A stretch of DNA of 64,000 bases from an uncultured bacterium (GTDB lineage: Bacteria; Patescibacteriota; Saccharimonadia; Saccharimonadales; UBA4665). The stretch covers positions 25,490 through 89,489 of the forward strand of contig CAWCCP010000011.1 of NCBI GenBank assembly GCA_963794235.1, read 5' to 3'. The notes under the pieces were generated by a model, which saw only the letters and a program-made list of their open reading frames with translations, made no database searches and was not told the DNA's origin. Below, piece after piece: positions 26,648 to 34,989 of the stretch. The position numbers and the translations under genes are program-made. Positions within the stretch are counted from its first letter, which is position 1. The number at the start of each line of letters is the position of its first letter.

Positions 26648-26945
26648 AAGTGTCCCTTTATTAATTGATGAGAGCCTGTCGCCACGTGGGTTCGACGATG
26701 CCCTTGAGCGGCGCAGGCCTACTCATTCATCTTCAGTGGTCCTGGTGTCCGTCCATGTCGTTCGCCGAATGAGCAGCGCATGGTTGCAGTGGGACGACCA
26801 CGTTATCGGTATTTAAGCACAAAATAACAGATACAGCAATTAGATTAAAGTTATCAAGAGCAGTTAATTAGTAGAAAGCATAATTAGATTGAAACGTAAC
26901 TCTAATTTTGTCCAATAAGAAAAGCTTAAAAATAGTGTACTTACA

Positions 26946-27800
26946 TTACGCGTGAAACATAAGAACATCTTCAAGCTGTAAGTCTAATTTTTTGCATGCA
27001 TTTCCTCGCACCAAAGCAAGATCAACCATATCAGGTAAGGAAGTACTCGGATAAATAACGAATGAATTGGTTGTATGGCTCATCATTCTGTCATCAATAT
27101 ATTCTGCTTCGGCAATTTTTTGATCATCTCTGAAGATATTTAGCTTTGTGCCAGGAGAAAATGGTAATGATCCATAAATTTTTGCATTCCCGTAATTATC
27201 AATGTGGACGACCTCGCCGTTACTAATTTCCAACGGTATTATAAAATCCATATCTCGATCTTCGCCAAATTTTCTATAGTCGATATCATAAGCTAGTGCT
27301 ACGGCAATGGATCCATAAATAACATGTGCGCTAAAAGTAAGGTAATCACTCTTCTTCGCAAATGTCGCATCATATTTTTCAGGAGGATTAGAGCCAGGTG
27401 TATATATTAATTTACCGTCAACAACATATGGCCGCCTGACAGTTATTTCGGCCAGATATTCAAAACCAAAATCTTTAGCGAGCCAGTCAAAAGTCCCGTT
27501 ATTTGATCCGATAACAAGAATGTCTCTACCTTTTAACTTGCCTATAACATCCGATGTATAAGTGGGGTGCGGAGCAACATTAGTAAAGAGTACTGCAGGC
27601 GATATATACGATTTAGCAAGCAATCTTGTTAGGAAGGCTCCATGTATTATAGAAAGTTCCTTAACAGCTGCTAGGGGGGCAAAGATAGGCGGCTCTTCGG
27701 ATATTGCTTTTGCAACGCCGCTCATAATACCGAACATCTCGTTATAACTTACATCAGATATGTCGGAAATTACTTGGATTGTTCTGGTGGCTGTTGACAT
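26946..27800 (-). CDS. hypothetical; weak resemblance to SAM hydroxide adenosyltransferase (DUF62, chlorinase/fluorinase fold)
   Basis: 284 aa. The two-domain length and segments such as FSAHVIYGSIAVALA and VHIDNYGNAKIY recall FHGRDIFAPVAA and IDRFGNLITN of DUF62. Judged by eye only. Confidence 0.35.
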   Translation of the reverse strand: MSTATRTIQVISDISDVSYNEMFGIMSGVAKAISEEPPIFAPLAAVKELSIIHGAFLTRLLAKSYISPAVLFTNVAPHPTYTSDVIGKLKGRDILVIGSNNGTFDWLAKDFGFEYLAEITVRRPYVVDGKLIYTPGSNPPEKYDATFAKKSDYLTFSAHVIYGSIAVALAYDIDYRKFGEDRDMDFIIPLEISNGEVVHIDNYGNAKIYGSLPFSPGTKLNIFRDDQKIAEAEYIDDRMMSHTTNSFVIYPSTSLPDMVDLALVRGNACKKLDLQLEDVLMFHA

Positions 27801-27964
27801 GTTTATAAAGTTAGCAAAGCAAGGGCAGAATGTCAGTGAAATTAGTCATAGTTATCAAACTCACCATCAGAAATAGTCAAACATACCCTCTATAAAGAAG
27901 TGCTTGTTTTTAGAGAAACCAAGCCTCAATATATATACGGCTTAAAAAGTATCTGAGAGTTATG

Positions 27965-28210
27965 TCAGTCAATTATTGGCAGGGCCTCAACCGGCACCGC
28001 AAGCACTCTGGCTAAACGTTCAATCTGCTGAAATTTACAGTACTTAATTGGCTCACCACTGCTGCTATAAATACGATAGTAGTATGCGTAATTAATCACA
28101 TCGCCTTTAAAATTTTTCGCATGTGTTGGTTCATTGATTCGCTTAATTACCCATCCATCAGATTGCTGTTCTAAGATACGTTTTATTTTTGCGTAATGAT
28201 TAAACGACAT
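27965..28210 (-). CDS. hypothetical small protein
   Basis: The internal Met MSFNHYAKIK is preferred. The C-terminal IERLARVLAVPVEAL is HTH-like. Confidence 0.35.
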   Translation of the reverse strand: MSFNHYAKIKRILEQQSDGWVIKRINEPTHAKNFKGDVINYAYYYRIYSSSGEPIKYCKFQQIERLARVLAVPVEALPIID

Positions 28211-28304
28211 ATGATAAGCATAGCAAAACTCTACTCTCAACTATCAAATTCAAAATTGGCATACTGAATCATCTTTGACGGTATATGATTAGAGTAGTAT
28301 TTTT

Positions 28305-29168
28305 ATGTCAAAGCTACTTCATAGAGCATACCTTCTTCATCTACCGGTTATGGGTAAACGTTTTGCTGATCTGCTGACTTTGAGAACGCAAGAAGTCGCT
28401 TTAGCCACAAAAGATCTACCGGATCCAAACATTAGCGTCGTTATCCGCTCCCAGAACAAAGCTCATGAATTAGAAATGCTATTTAAAGATATCCTTGAAC
28501 AAAAATATAACGGAAAAGTGGAACTAATATTAGTAGATACGGAATCATATGACCGGACAGTTGAAATAGCAAAAAAATACGGCGCAAAAATTGTTTACAT
28601 TAAGCAATCAGAATTTAGCTACCCTAAAGCGCTCAATTTAGGTTTTAAATCTGCAAGTCATAAATGGGTTTTTACATTCACGGACCATGGACTGCTGTCA
28701 AACAATCAAATTTTTCGCATAGCTACTCGTTCAGAAAACGAGAAATTAATTGGCGGAGTGTCTGGTTTAACATTTCCGAATGCCAATGCTTCTTGGACTG
28801 AGCGTATTGGCACGGTGCTTGTTTTTTCGGGAAGACTGCGAAAAAGTGCCAAACCTGCAACTAAAATGTTTATTGGCATACTTCCAGCTAATGCTTCGCT
28901 AATCAACCGGCTGGCTTGGCTTAAGATAGGTGGATTTGACGAAAGCTTTGGCGCGGGAGGTGAAGATAGTGCTTTAGCGGCAATTTTAATTAAATCTGGT
29001 TATACGATAGTAATTGACCCGGCTATGTCAGTCCATCACTCACATGGCTTAAGTTTTATCGACTCTCTACGTCAGTTTCACTACTGGTTGAGATTAGATA
29101 AGCCTCGCGCTTTTGACTTGGCTAAGTTGAGACAATTTCGCAAAGAATATCGGCGCGCAAAAGATTAA
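28305..29168 (+). CDS. family 2 glycosyltransferase
   Basis: ISVVIRSQN...ELILVDTESYDRTVEIAKKYGAKIV (GT-A N-terminus) and a later GGEDSALA motif. Confidence 0.75.
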   Translation: MSKLLHRAYLLHLPVMGKRFADLLTLRTQEVALATKDLPDPNISVVIRSQNKAHELEMLFKDILEQKYNGKVELILVDTESYDRTVEIAKKYGAKIVYIKQSEFSYPKALNLGFKSASHKWVFTFTDHGLLSNNQIFRIATRSENEKLIGGVSGLTFPNANASWTERIGTVLVFSGRLRKSAKPATKMFIGILPANASLINRLAWLKIGGFDESFGAGGEDSALAAILIKSGYTIVIDPAMSVHHSHGLSFIDSLRQFHYWLRLDKPRAFDLAKLRQFRKEYRRAKD

Positions 29169-29276
29169 TAAAGACCTCATGAAGACATGTTTTGCGAGGC
29201 ATACATCTTGTGAGAATTTTCGCCTCACATTTCCACGAGCCATGGTAGAGTTCACTATATAATTAAGGAGTACGAC

Positions 29277-29696
29277 ATGAGTGATATCCAGCAGACAGTT
29301 ACGCGCAAAGATGTTACGGCTACAGACGATTCAGGACAATTAGCTCAGCAAACAGTTCGAAAGGTCCATACTGAATCTTCAGTCAATACGAGATCAACGC
29401 TAATAAATCTAACTTGGTTCGTGTATGGAGTAATCGCAGTACTCTTAGGATTACGTTTTGTTCTCCTTGCTCTGGGCGCAAATTCCTCCAATGGCTTCGT
29501 TTCGTTTATATACAGCGTAAGTAGGGTATTCAGTATGCCCTTTGACACGATATTTAACACTAAGACTGTTCAGACCACCAATACGCAATCTGTTATAGAA
29601 CCATCCATCCTTGTAGCCATAGTAATTTACACCTTGATTGCCTGGGGGATAGTAAAACTATTGACCATTCGAACGCCCCATCAGGTAAATGAGTAA
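29277..29696 (+). CDS. YggT-family membrane protein
   Basis: LLGLRFVLLALGANSSNGFVSFIYSVSRVFSMPFDTIF resembles the YGGT repeat. There are two TM segments. Confidence 0.6.
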   Translation: MSDIQQTVTRKDVTATDDSGQLAQQTVRKVHTESSVNTRSTLINLTWFVYGVIAVLLGLRFVLLALGANSSNGFVSFIYSVSRVFSMPFDTIFNTKTVQTTNTQSVIEPSILVAIVIYTLIAWGIVKLLTIRTPHQVNE

Positions 29697-29697
29697 T

Positions 29698-29952
29698 TCA
29701 ATACTTCCGCGAACTAGTCATATCTTTTAAATTTGCAACGTATTTTTTTATTAATTCTTCATCGTCCGTTAAAAGTGCTACAGCTAGACTAATCCATCTT
29801 ATAAGAGTTGCAAGGTCTTGTTTACATAACTGCTCCGGGCTTTTGTGCAAATGATTGTGTATTTGACGAGTTACAAATCGTTCTGCTGCAATACCAAAAT
29901 ATTCATTAGTAACGTCTACGACTGCTTCAAACAGCTGAGGTTGCTCCGCCAC
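29698..29952 (-). CDS. hypothetical protein
   Basis: 84-aa ORF immediately downstream of 29962-30900. Confidence 0.45.
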   Translation of the reverse strand: MAEQPQLFEAVVDVTNEYFGIAAERFVTRQIHNHLHKSPEQLCKQDLATLIRWISLAVALLTDDEELIKKYVANLKDMTSSRKY

Positions 29953-29961
29953 AATCTTGTT

Positions 29962-30900
29962 TTAAACTTCTTCCATTCGTTGCAACTTCCGGCAGCCGGC
30001 TGCAATCAGTACGAATCCGACTGACAGTATCAATAATAAGGAATAAATAATACCCAATATCCAATAAATTGAAAGCTGATCCAGACGACTGGCTACCGTC
30101 GTCAGATATTGAAAACCGATTGACACAATTATAAGCCACCACAGGCCAAGGGCGAGAAAACGCCAACAATCACGATAGACTATGCCTGGAGCCTTTAAGC
30201 GATAACTAAAGATTTCATAAGCAGCCAGCAAGCCAATGAACCACATACAGATATATGGAGCGACAAGGGTAGTCGTAATCAGCCAGAACGACATATGATA
30301 AATGTCTGCTCGACCAGGAGTTGAGGCCACGAGATGATAGTCAGCGAGACCAATATATATTAAAAAGATCGCAAGCAAGTTAGCAGCACGCTGGGAAGGA
30401 CGTTGCTTAACTAATTCACTTAGACCTCTTGCCCCGTTACTTATATAAGCAAATCCGATGAGCGGGAAAAGAAGGTTAACGTAATTATTAACAATTACTA
30501 CCCCGTCACGTACCCCTGGATGCTTAACGACAAAGTAGTTTAAAATAGCAGAGCTAACTGATGTCACAGGTAACCAGAGCACTAAGAATAACAGGCCTGT
30601 TACAAGTTTAGCGATCTGTTTGCCGTCTTTAGTTTTCCGAATTAACTCGCTATACGCCCGAAGCTTGGCGTAGCCATAGAAACCAACGAACCAAATAGCT
30701 GCCAAAATCAAAATAATCGTAATGTCGAGGATGCGCAATCTGTCGGCGCTGATGTGGTATCGTATTAACGTAGCTGGTAAGGGAGGTGGTAAAAGCGTAA
30801 CAGCACTGTAAATAAGCACGAAGGCGACATAACAATAAAAAAGTTTAGACTGTAATTTCACGCCCAACGCTTCCTCACTTTTAATACCCTCACTATACAT
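29962..30900 (-). CDS. multi-pass membrane protein, hypothetical
   Basis: 312 aa with about 8 hydrophobic segments. Confidence 0.6.
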   Translation of the reverse strand: MYSEGIKSEEALGVKLQSKLFYCYVAFVLIYSAVTLLPPPLPATLIRYHISADRLRILDITIILILAAIWFVGFYGYAKLRAYSELIRKTKDGKQIAKLVTGLLFLVLWLPVTSVSSAILNYFVVKHPGVRDGVVIVNNYVNLLFPLIGFAYISNGARGLSELVKQRPSQRAANLLAIFLIYIGLADYHLVASTPGRADIYHMSFWLITTTLVAPYICMWFIGLLAAYEIFSYRLKAPGIVYRDCWRFLALGLWWLIIVSIGFQYLTTVASRLDQLSIYWILGIIYSLLLILSVGFVLIAAGCRKLQRMEEV

Positions 30901-31010
30901 GAATTAGCAACGTTTTACAGTAAAACATAATCCGTATAAGTTACTCAGTACGTTCACTAAGAGAAACTATAAGCATTTTTACGCTTATAGTTGAAGGCTA
31001 TACTAATTAT

Positions 31011-31522
31011 ATGGCAACATTAAAATTTACTGCTTTAATAAAAAACGTGGAGTCAATCCATATGTTGACGTCACCAAAAATCAAGCAGCACTTCTAAAGT
31101 TGGCTTGGCGTAAACCAATGCCAGTTCTTATCAGAATTAACGGTCAACCAAAATCATCCTGGCATATTAATATGATGCCAACAGGGAAGGGCGATTTCTT
31201 TCTTTACCTTCATGGTGATGTACGAAAGGCTTCGGGGACAAAAGTTGGCGATACAGTGCTCGTAGAAATAGATTTTGATCAAGACTACAGAAATGGTCCA
31301 ATGCATGCCATGCCGGAACAATTCGCTACGGCGCTTAAACAAAACCCTATCACCCTAAAAAATTGGGATGAGCTTCCACCAAGTCGACAAAAAGAATTAC
31401 TTCGATATTTTGCCAACTTGAAATCATTAGAAGCCAGAGCAATAAACATAAAACGAGCACTGGATGTTCTATCCGGAAAACCAGAACAATTTATGGGCCG
31501 TTCTTGGCATCATGGCTCATGA
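31011..31522 (+). CDS. DUF1905/YdeI-family protein (indel in A6 run 31040-31045)
   Basis: ATG 31011 gives MATLKFTALIK. One extra A continues as KRGVNPYVDVTKNQAALLKLAWRKPMPVLIRINGQ..., joining track ORF 31100-31522 with the YdeI-like tail ELPPSRQKELLRYF. Confidence 0.6.
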
Positions 31523-31650
31523 CAACATACCAGTTTGGTGACATATTGCAGGAAATGAAGGAACTTAATTGATATTTTTATTCGTTGAAGTTTTGGGCAA
31601 GCTGGGGCCTGTATGAGAATGTAGGAATGTCCAAGTCGTAATTATTCTTT

Positions 31651-32576
31651 ACCTGAATCTCGAAACCTACCACCCCAGCTGTAACAACTGGTAGCCAAGC
31701 AGTACCCGCAGGTAATGCAGGGCGTAGCCCTGCAGACTCCTCGGGAAACTGGTCTGGAGGTGCAGGTGTTCTTTCAGGTAGTCGAAGACGGTTTCAATCT
31801 TTGGTCTACGCTTCAGGAGCTTCCACTGGCTTTTGGTGATGACCTGTTTCTGCTGTTTGTAGTGTAGTGGTGTCAGAATGTAGGTACCAAAAGCTTTACG
31901 GACCTTACGGTGTAGTGGTGCACTACGGTAGCCACTGTCACCAACAGCTAGCTTGGTGTACTCATTCACGAGCTTTGGTATAGCTCGGCTGTCATGGACT
32001 GTCGCTGTGGTAAAGACGTAGGCACAGAGCTTACCATCGTTGTCCACGGATGCATGCAACTTAAAGCCATAGTGCTCACCTTGCCAATTGTGCCCGGTGT
32101 GAGCATAGCCACGAGCGGTTTTGTGGAACTTTCTCCGTACCAGTCGACAAACTTCCAGCATGGTACTGTCTATGAAGCGAAGCTGCGCTTCGCTCATGAG
32201 TAAGTCGTCTAGGATAGTAGTAATCTGCGGAATGACCCGGTGACAATGCTTCAGGAAGTTCTGGTAGTTGGGTAGGGCTGGAAAGTCTGTTTGGTGATAC
32301 TGGATAACCCAGTCGTAGATCTGGCGAATAGTGTGCTGTTGAGCAGTAAACAGACTGAAGACAAGTATGGTAATGACCTCACTGTCACGCAGGACACTTG
32401 GTCGTCCGCCTTTGCTCTTTACTAGAGTAGGTGTCGCTAAGGCGTCGTCTATCCAGACGAATAACGGTAGTATATGATGTTGGTGCAGCACTGCCATCTT
32501 TGTTTTCTCCTTTTTGTTTAGACACTAAAAGAGTAACAGACTATGGAGTGCTGCTATTTAGTTTCGAGATTCAGGT
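31651..32576 (-). mobile_element. IS982-like insertion sequence, complete, with 8-bp target-site duplication
   Basis: Terminal inverted repeats ACCTGAATCTCGAAAC (31651-31666) and GTTTCGAGATTCAGGT (32561-32576). It is flanked by direct TATTCTTT at 31643-31650 and 32577-32584. Higher GC than its surroundings. Confidence 0.8.
31667..32497 (-). CDS. DDE transposase (IS982/IS5-like)
   Basis: 276 aa: GGRPSVLRDSEVITILVF...FIDSTMLEVC...GFKLHASV...VGDSGY...RPKIETVFDYLK pattern. Confidence 0.8.
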   Translation of the reverse strand: MAVLHQHHILPLFVWIDDALATPTLVKSKGGRPSVLRDSEVITILVFSLFTAQQHTIRQIYDWVIQYHQTDFPALPNYQNFLKHCHRVIPQITTILDDLLMSEAQLRFIDSTMLEVCRLVRRKFHKTARGYAHTGHNWQGEHYGFKLHASVDNDGKLCAYVFTTATVHDSRAIPKLVNEYTKLAVGDSGYRSAPLHRKVRKAFGTYILTPLHYKQQKQVITKSQWKLLKRRPKIETVFDYLKEHLHLQTSFPRSLQGYALHYLRVLLGYQLLQLGW

Positions 32577-32624
32577 TATTCTTTCACTTGACAACAAAAT
32601 CAGTCTACTGTATCGTTCAACCAT

Positions 32625-32951
32625 ATGGTTGAACAATCTTTCAGTTTAGACGCTATCTTCGGATCGTTAAGCGATCCTACCAGGAGAGATATTATAAAAC
32701 GTATTAGCGAACGTAGTATGAGTGTCAGTGCTATCGCAAAACATTATAAATTTTCTTTTGCTGGAGTAGCGAAGCACCTTGAGGTACTAGAGCGTGCAGG
32801 TCTAATACGTAAAGCCAGAAAAGGGAAAGAACAAATAGTTACAATTGATCCAGCGGCATTAGCCGCTGCGAATGGTTATTTAGAAGACTACAAACAACTC
32901 TGGGAGCAACGACTCGATTCATTGGATCAATTTTTAAAAACAATAAAGTAG
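32625..32951 (+). CDS. ArsR/SmtB-family transcriptional regulator
   Basis: FGSLSDPTRRDIIKRIS...MSVSAIAKHYKFSFAGVAKHLEVLERAGLI. Confidence 0.85.
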   Translation: MVEQSFSLDAIFGSLSDPTRRDIIKRISERSMSVSAIAKHYKFSFAGVAKHLEVLERAGLIRKARKGKEQIVTIDPAALAAANGYLEDYKQLWEQRLDSLDQFLKTIK

Positions 32952-32964
32952 AGAGGAACGAGTT

Positions 32965-33336
32965 ATGACTGAAGATAAACTAGCAAAGAAAAACGCAAAG
33001 AAAGCTGAAGATGAAAAAGCAGTTCGCGAGGCGATCACTGCAATGCCCGACAAAGATCGTGCCGTGGGTGAAAAACTCGATGCTATTATCAAAGCTAGCG
33101 CACCTGATCTTTTACCGAGAACCTGGTACGGAATGCCCGCATACAGTGACGGTAACAAGATAGTCTGCTTTTTTCGAAGTCGGCAAAAATTTGGTGAGAG
33201 ATTCATGACACTAGGCTTTAACGATGTAGCAAAACTTGATGACGGTTCTATGTGGCCCATCTACTATGCCCTAACAGAGTTAACCGCTAGCGACGAGGCA
33301 AAGATCGCAGCACTCGTTAAAAAAGCAGTGAGTTGA
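32965..33336 (+). CDS. DUF1801 (YdhG-like) domain protein
   Basis: 123 aa. The WYGMPAYSDGNKIVCFF pattern and position in an ArsR-SRPBCC operon are typical. Confidence 0.6.
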   Translation: MTEDKLAKKNAKKAEDEKAVREAITAMPDKDRAVGEKLDAIIKASAPDLLPRTWYGMPAYSDGNKIVCFFRSRQKFGERFMTLGFNDVAKLDDGSMWPIYYALTELTASDEAKIAALVKKAVS

Positions 33337-33379
33337 ACATAAAACTTTAATTTTTAACAGAACTAAAAAGGAGAAAACG

Positions 33380-33859
33380 ATGGCACCAATTAAAGAAATC
33401 GAGTTTGAACGAATAGTTAATTCCTCGCCTGAGACAGTTTGGCAGGCATGGACCGATCCAGAGATGCTAAAGCAATGGTGGGGACCAGAAAACGTTAGCA
33501 TTCCAGAATGCGAAGTAGACCTACGAATAGGCGGAAAATTTTATCTCGTCATGGAAGCTGGCGAAGGAATGGGACCATACAAAGGGACAAGATGGCCAAT
33601 GGAAGCCAAATATACAATTATTGAACAGAATCTAAGGCTATCCTACGCAGCAAAAGCGTGGACTGAAGGCCAAGAAGATACGACTGAAATTGATCAAGTA
33701 ACTGATCTCATCCTGTCTAATGAAAATGGAAAGACAAAAATGAAAGTGAAAGCCGCGATTAACAAGACTGGATCGAATGCCGGTATGGCAGTCCAGGGGA
33801 TGGAACATGGTTTTAATCAACAGTTCGATAAACTCAATATATTTTTGGAAAAAAATTAG
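33380..33859 (+). CDS. SRPBCC/AHSA1-family protein
   Basis: SPETVWQAWTDPEMLKQWWGP is the typical N-terminus of AHSA1-like START-fold proteins. Confidence 0.75.
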   Translation: MAPIKEIEFERIVNSSPETVWQAWTDPEMLKQWWGPENVSIPECEVDLRIGGKFYLVMEAGEGMGPYKGTRWPMEAKYTIIEQNLRLSYAAKAWTEGQEDTTEIDQVTDLILSNENGKTKMKVKAAINKTGSNAGMAVQGMEHGFNQQFDKLNIFLEKN

Positions 33860-33905
33860 AATTAAGCCTAAATTTGCCAAATACATGCTAAAGTACTAGT
33901 GAATT

Positions 33906-34901
33906 ATGAAAAACATACTTACTAACGACGACTTATTTAATCCTAAAGCACTCTTGCTTGAAAAAATTAAAGTACGAGGCGGCTGGGTTAACACGCATGC
34001 GCATATCGATCGAGCCTACATTTTAAACGAAGAGAACTTCAAATTAACCTACGCGCCATTGCAGGAAAAATGGAATTTTCCAGACGAATATAAAAGGAAA
34101 GCAACGGTTGATGATATTTATACCAATATGGCCCGTGCTATTGAGAGAATGTGCGAACAGGGAGTCCAAGCAATCGGGACATTTATAGACGTTGATCCAG
34201 TTATTGAAGACAAAGCAATTAAAGCAGCCCAAAAATTACGTGACACATTTAAGACCGATATTAAGATTAAATATATCAATCAGGTAGTAAAAGGCGTACT
34301 GGAGCCCGATGCCCGCCGTTGGTTCGATATTGGTGCTGAATTTGTCGACATAATTGGTGGTCTTCCAGAAAAAGATGCCGGTCATGAAGCCGAACATTTG
34401 GATGTGCTGTTTGAGGCAGCCAAAAAAAATGGCAACAAAATGCTACACGTTCATGTTGATCAATTTGATTTGCCAAGTCAGCGTGATACCGAACTTTTAG
34501 TTGATAAAACAATAGAGCACGGCTACCAGGAGAAGGTTGTCGCGATACACTGTATATCAGTTGCCGCGCACCCTAAAGCGTATCGAGAGAAATTATATGT
34601 AAAAATGAAAGATGCCGGTGTAATGGTTGTCACGTGCCCTGACGGATGGATCGACTGGCGACGCAGGGAAGAGCTTGCTCCCTTGCACAATTCCATTGCC
34701 CCCGTTGACGAAATGGTGCCTGCTGGTTTAACCGTCTCCCTTGGTACTGATAATATTCAAGATATCTATAAACCTTTCGTTGATGGAGATATGTGGACCG
34801 AGTTGCGCTTTCTACTTGAAACATGTCACTTTTATGATCTTGACGCACTTGCAGATATCGCGTCGGTTAACGGATTGAAAACACTTGGTATAGAAAATTA
34901 A
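33906..34901 (+). CDS. amidohydrolase, cytosine deaminase (CodA)-like
   Basis: Metal-ligand pattern NTHAHIDRAY, HVHVDQ, AIHCIS, LGTDN in the order expected for CodA-type deaminases. 331 aa. Confidence 0.6.
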   Translation: MKNILTNDDLFNPKALLLEKIKVRGGWVNTHAHIDRAYILNEENFKLTYAPLQEKWNFPDEYKRKATVDDIYTNMARAIERMCEQGVQAIGTFIDVDPVIEDKAIKAAQKLRDTFKTDIKIKYINQVVKGVLEPDARRWFDIGAEFVDIIGGLPEKDAGHEAEHLDVLFEAAKKNGNKMLHVHVDQFDLPSQRDTELLVDKTIEHGYQEKVVAIHCISVAAHPKAYREKLYVKMKDAGVMVVTCPDGWIDWRRREELAPLHNSIAPVDEMVPAGLTVSLGTDNIQDIYKPFVDGDMWTELRFLLETCHFYDLDALADIASVNGLKTLGIEN

Positions 34902-34989
34902 AGAAGTTGTTACATCTATAGTAAAGTGGATATCTCCTAAGACTATATTTTGTATTTTTTAAATAATATGCTATAAATATACTTATATT

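Noticed and set aside
26682-26700. ACGTGGGTTCGAC, identical to part of the Bacillus tmRNA T-arm
   Set aside because: There is no matching 3' stem (CCCAC), no ...ACCA terminus, no GGGG 5' end and no tag-peptide ORF in a plausible position. It is not a tmRNA gene.
26505-26816. 103-aa + strand ORF in the GC-rich island
   Set aside because: It is antisense to the small membrane ORF and its terminator. It is Arg/Ser/Pro-rich, as expected for a spurious ORF in GC-rich DNA, and it has no RBS.
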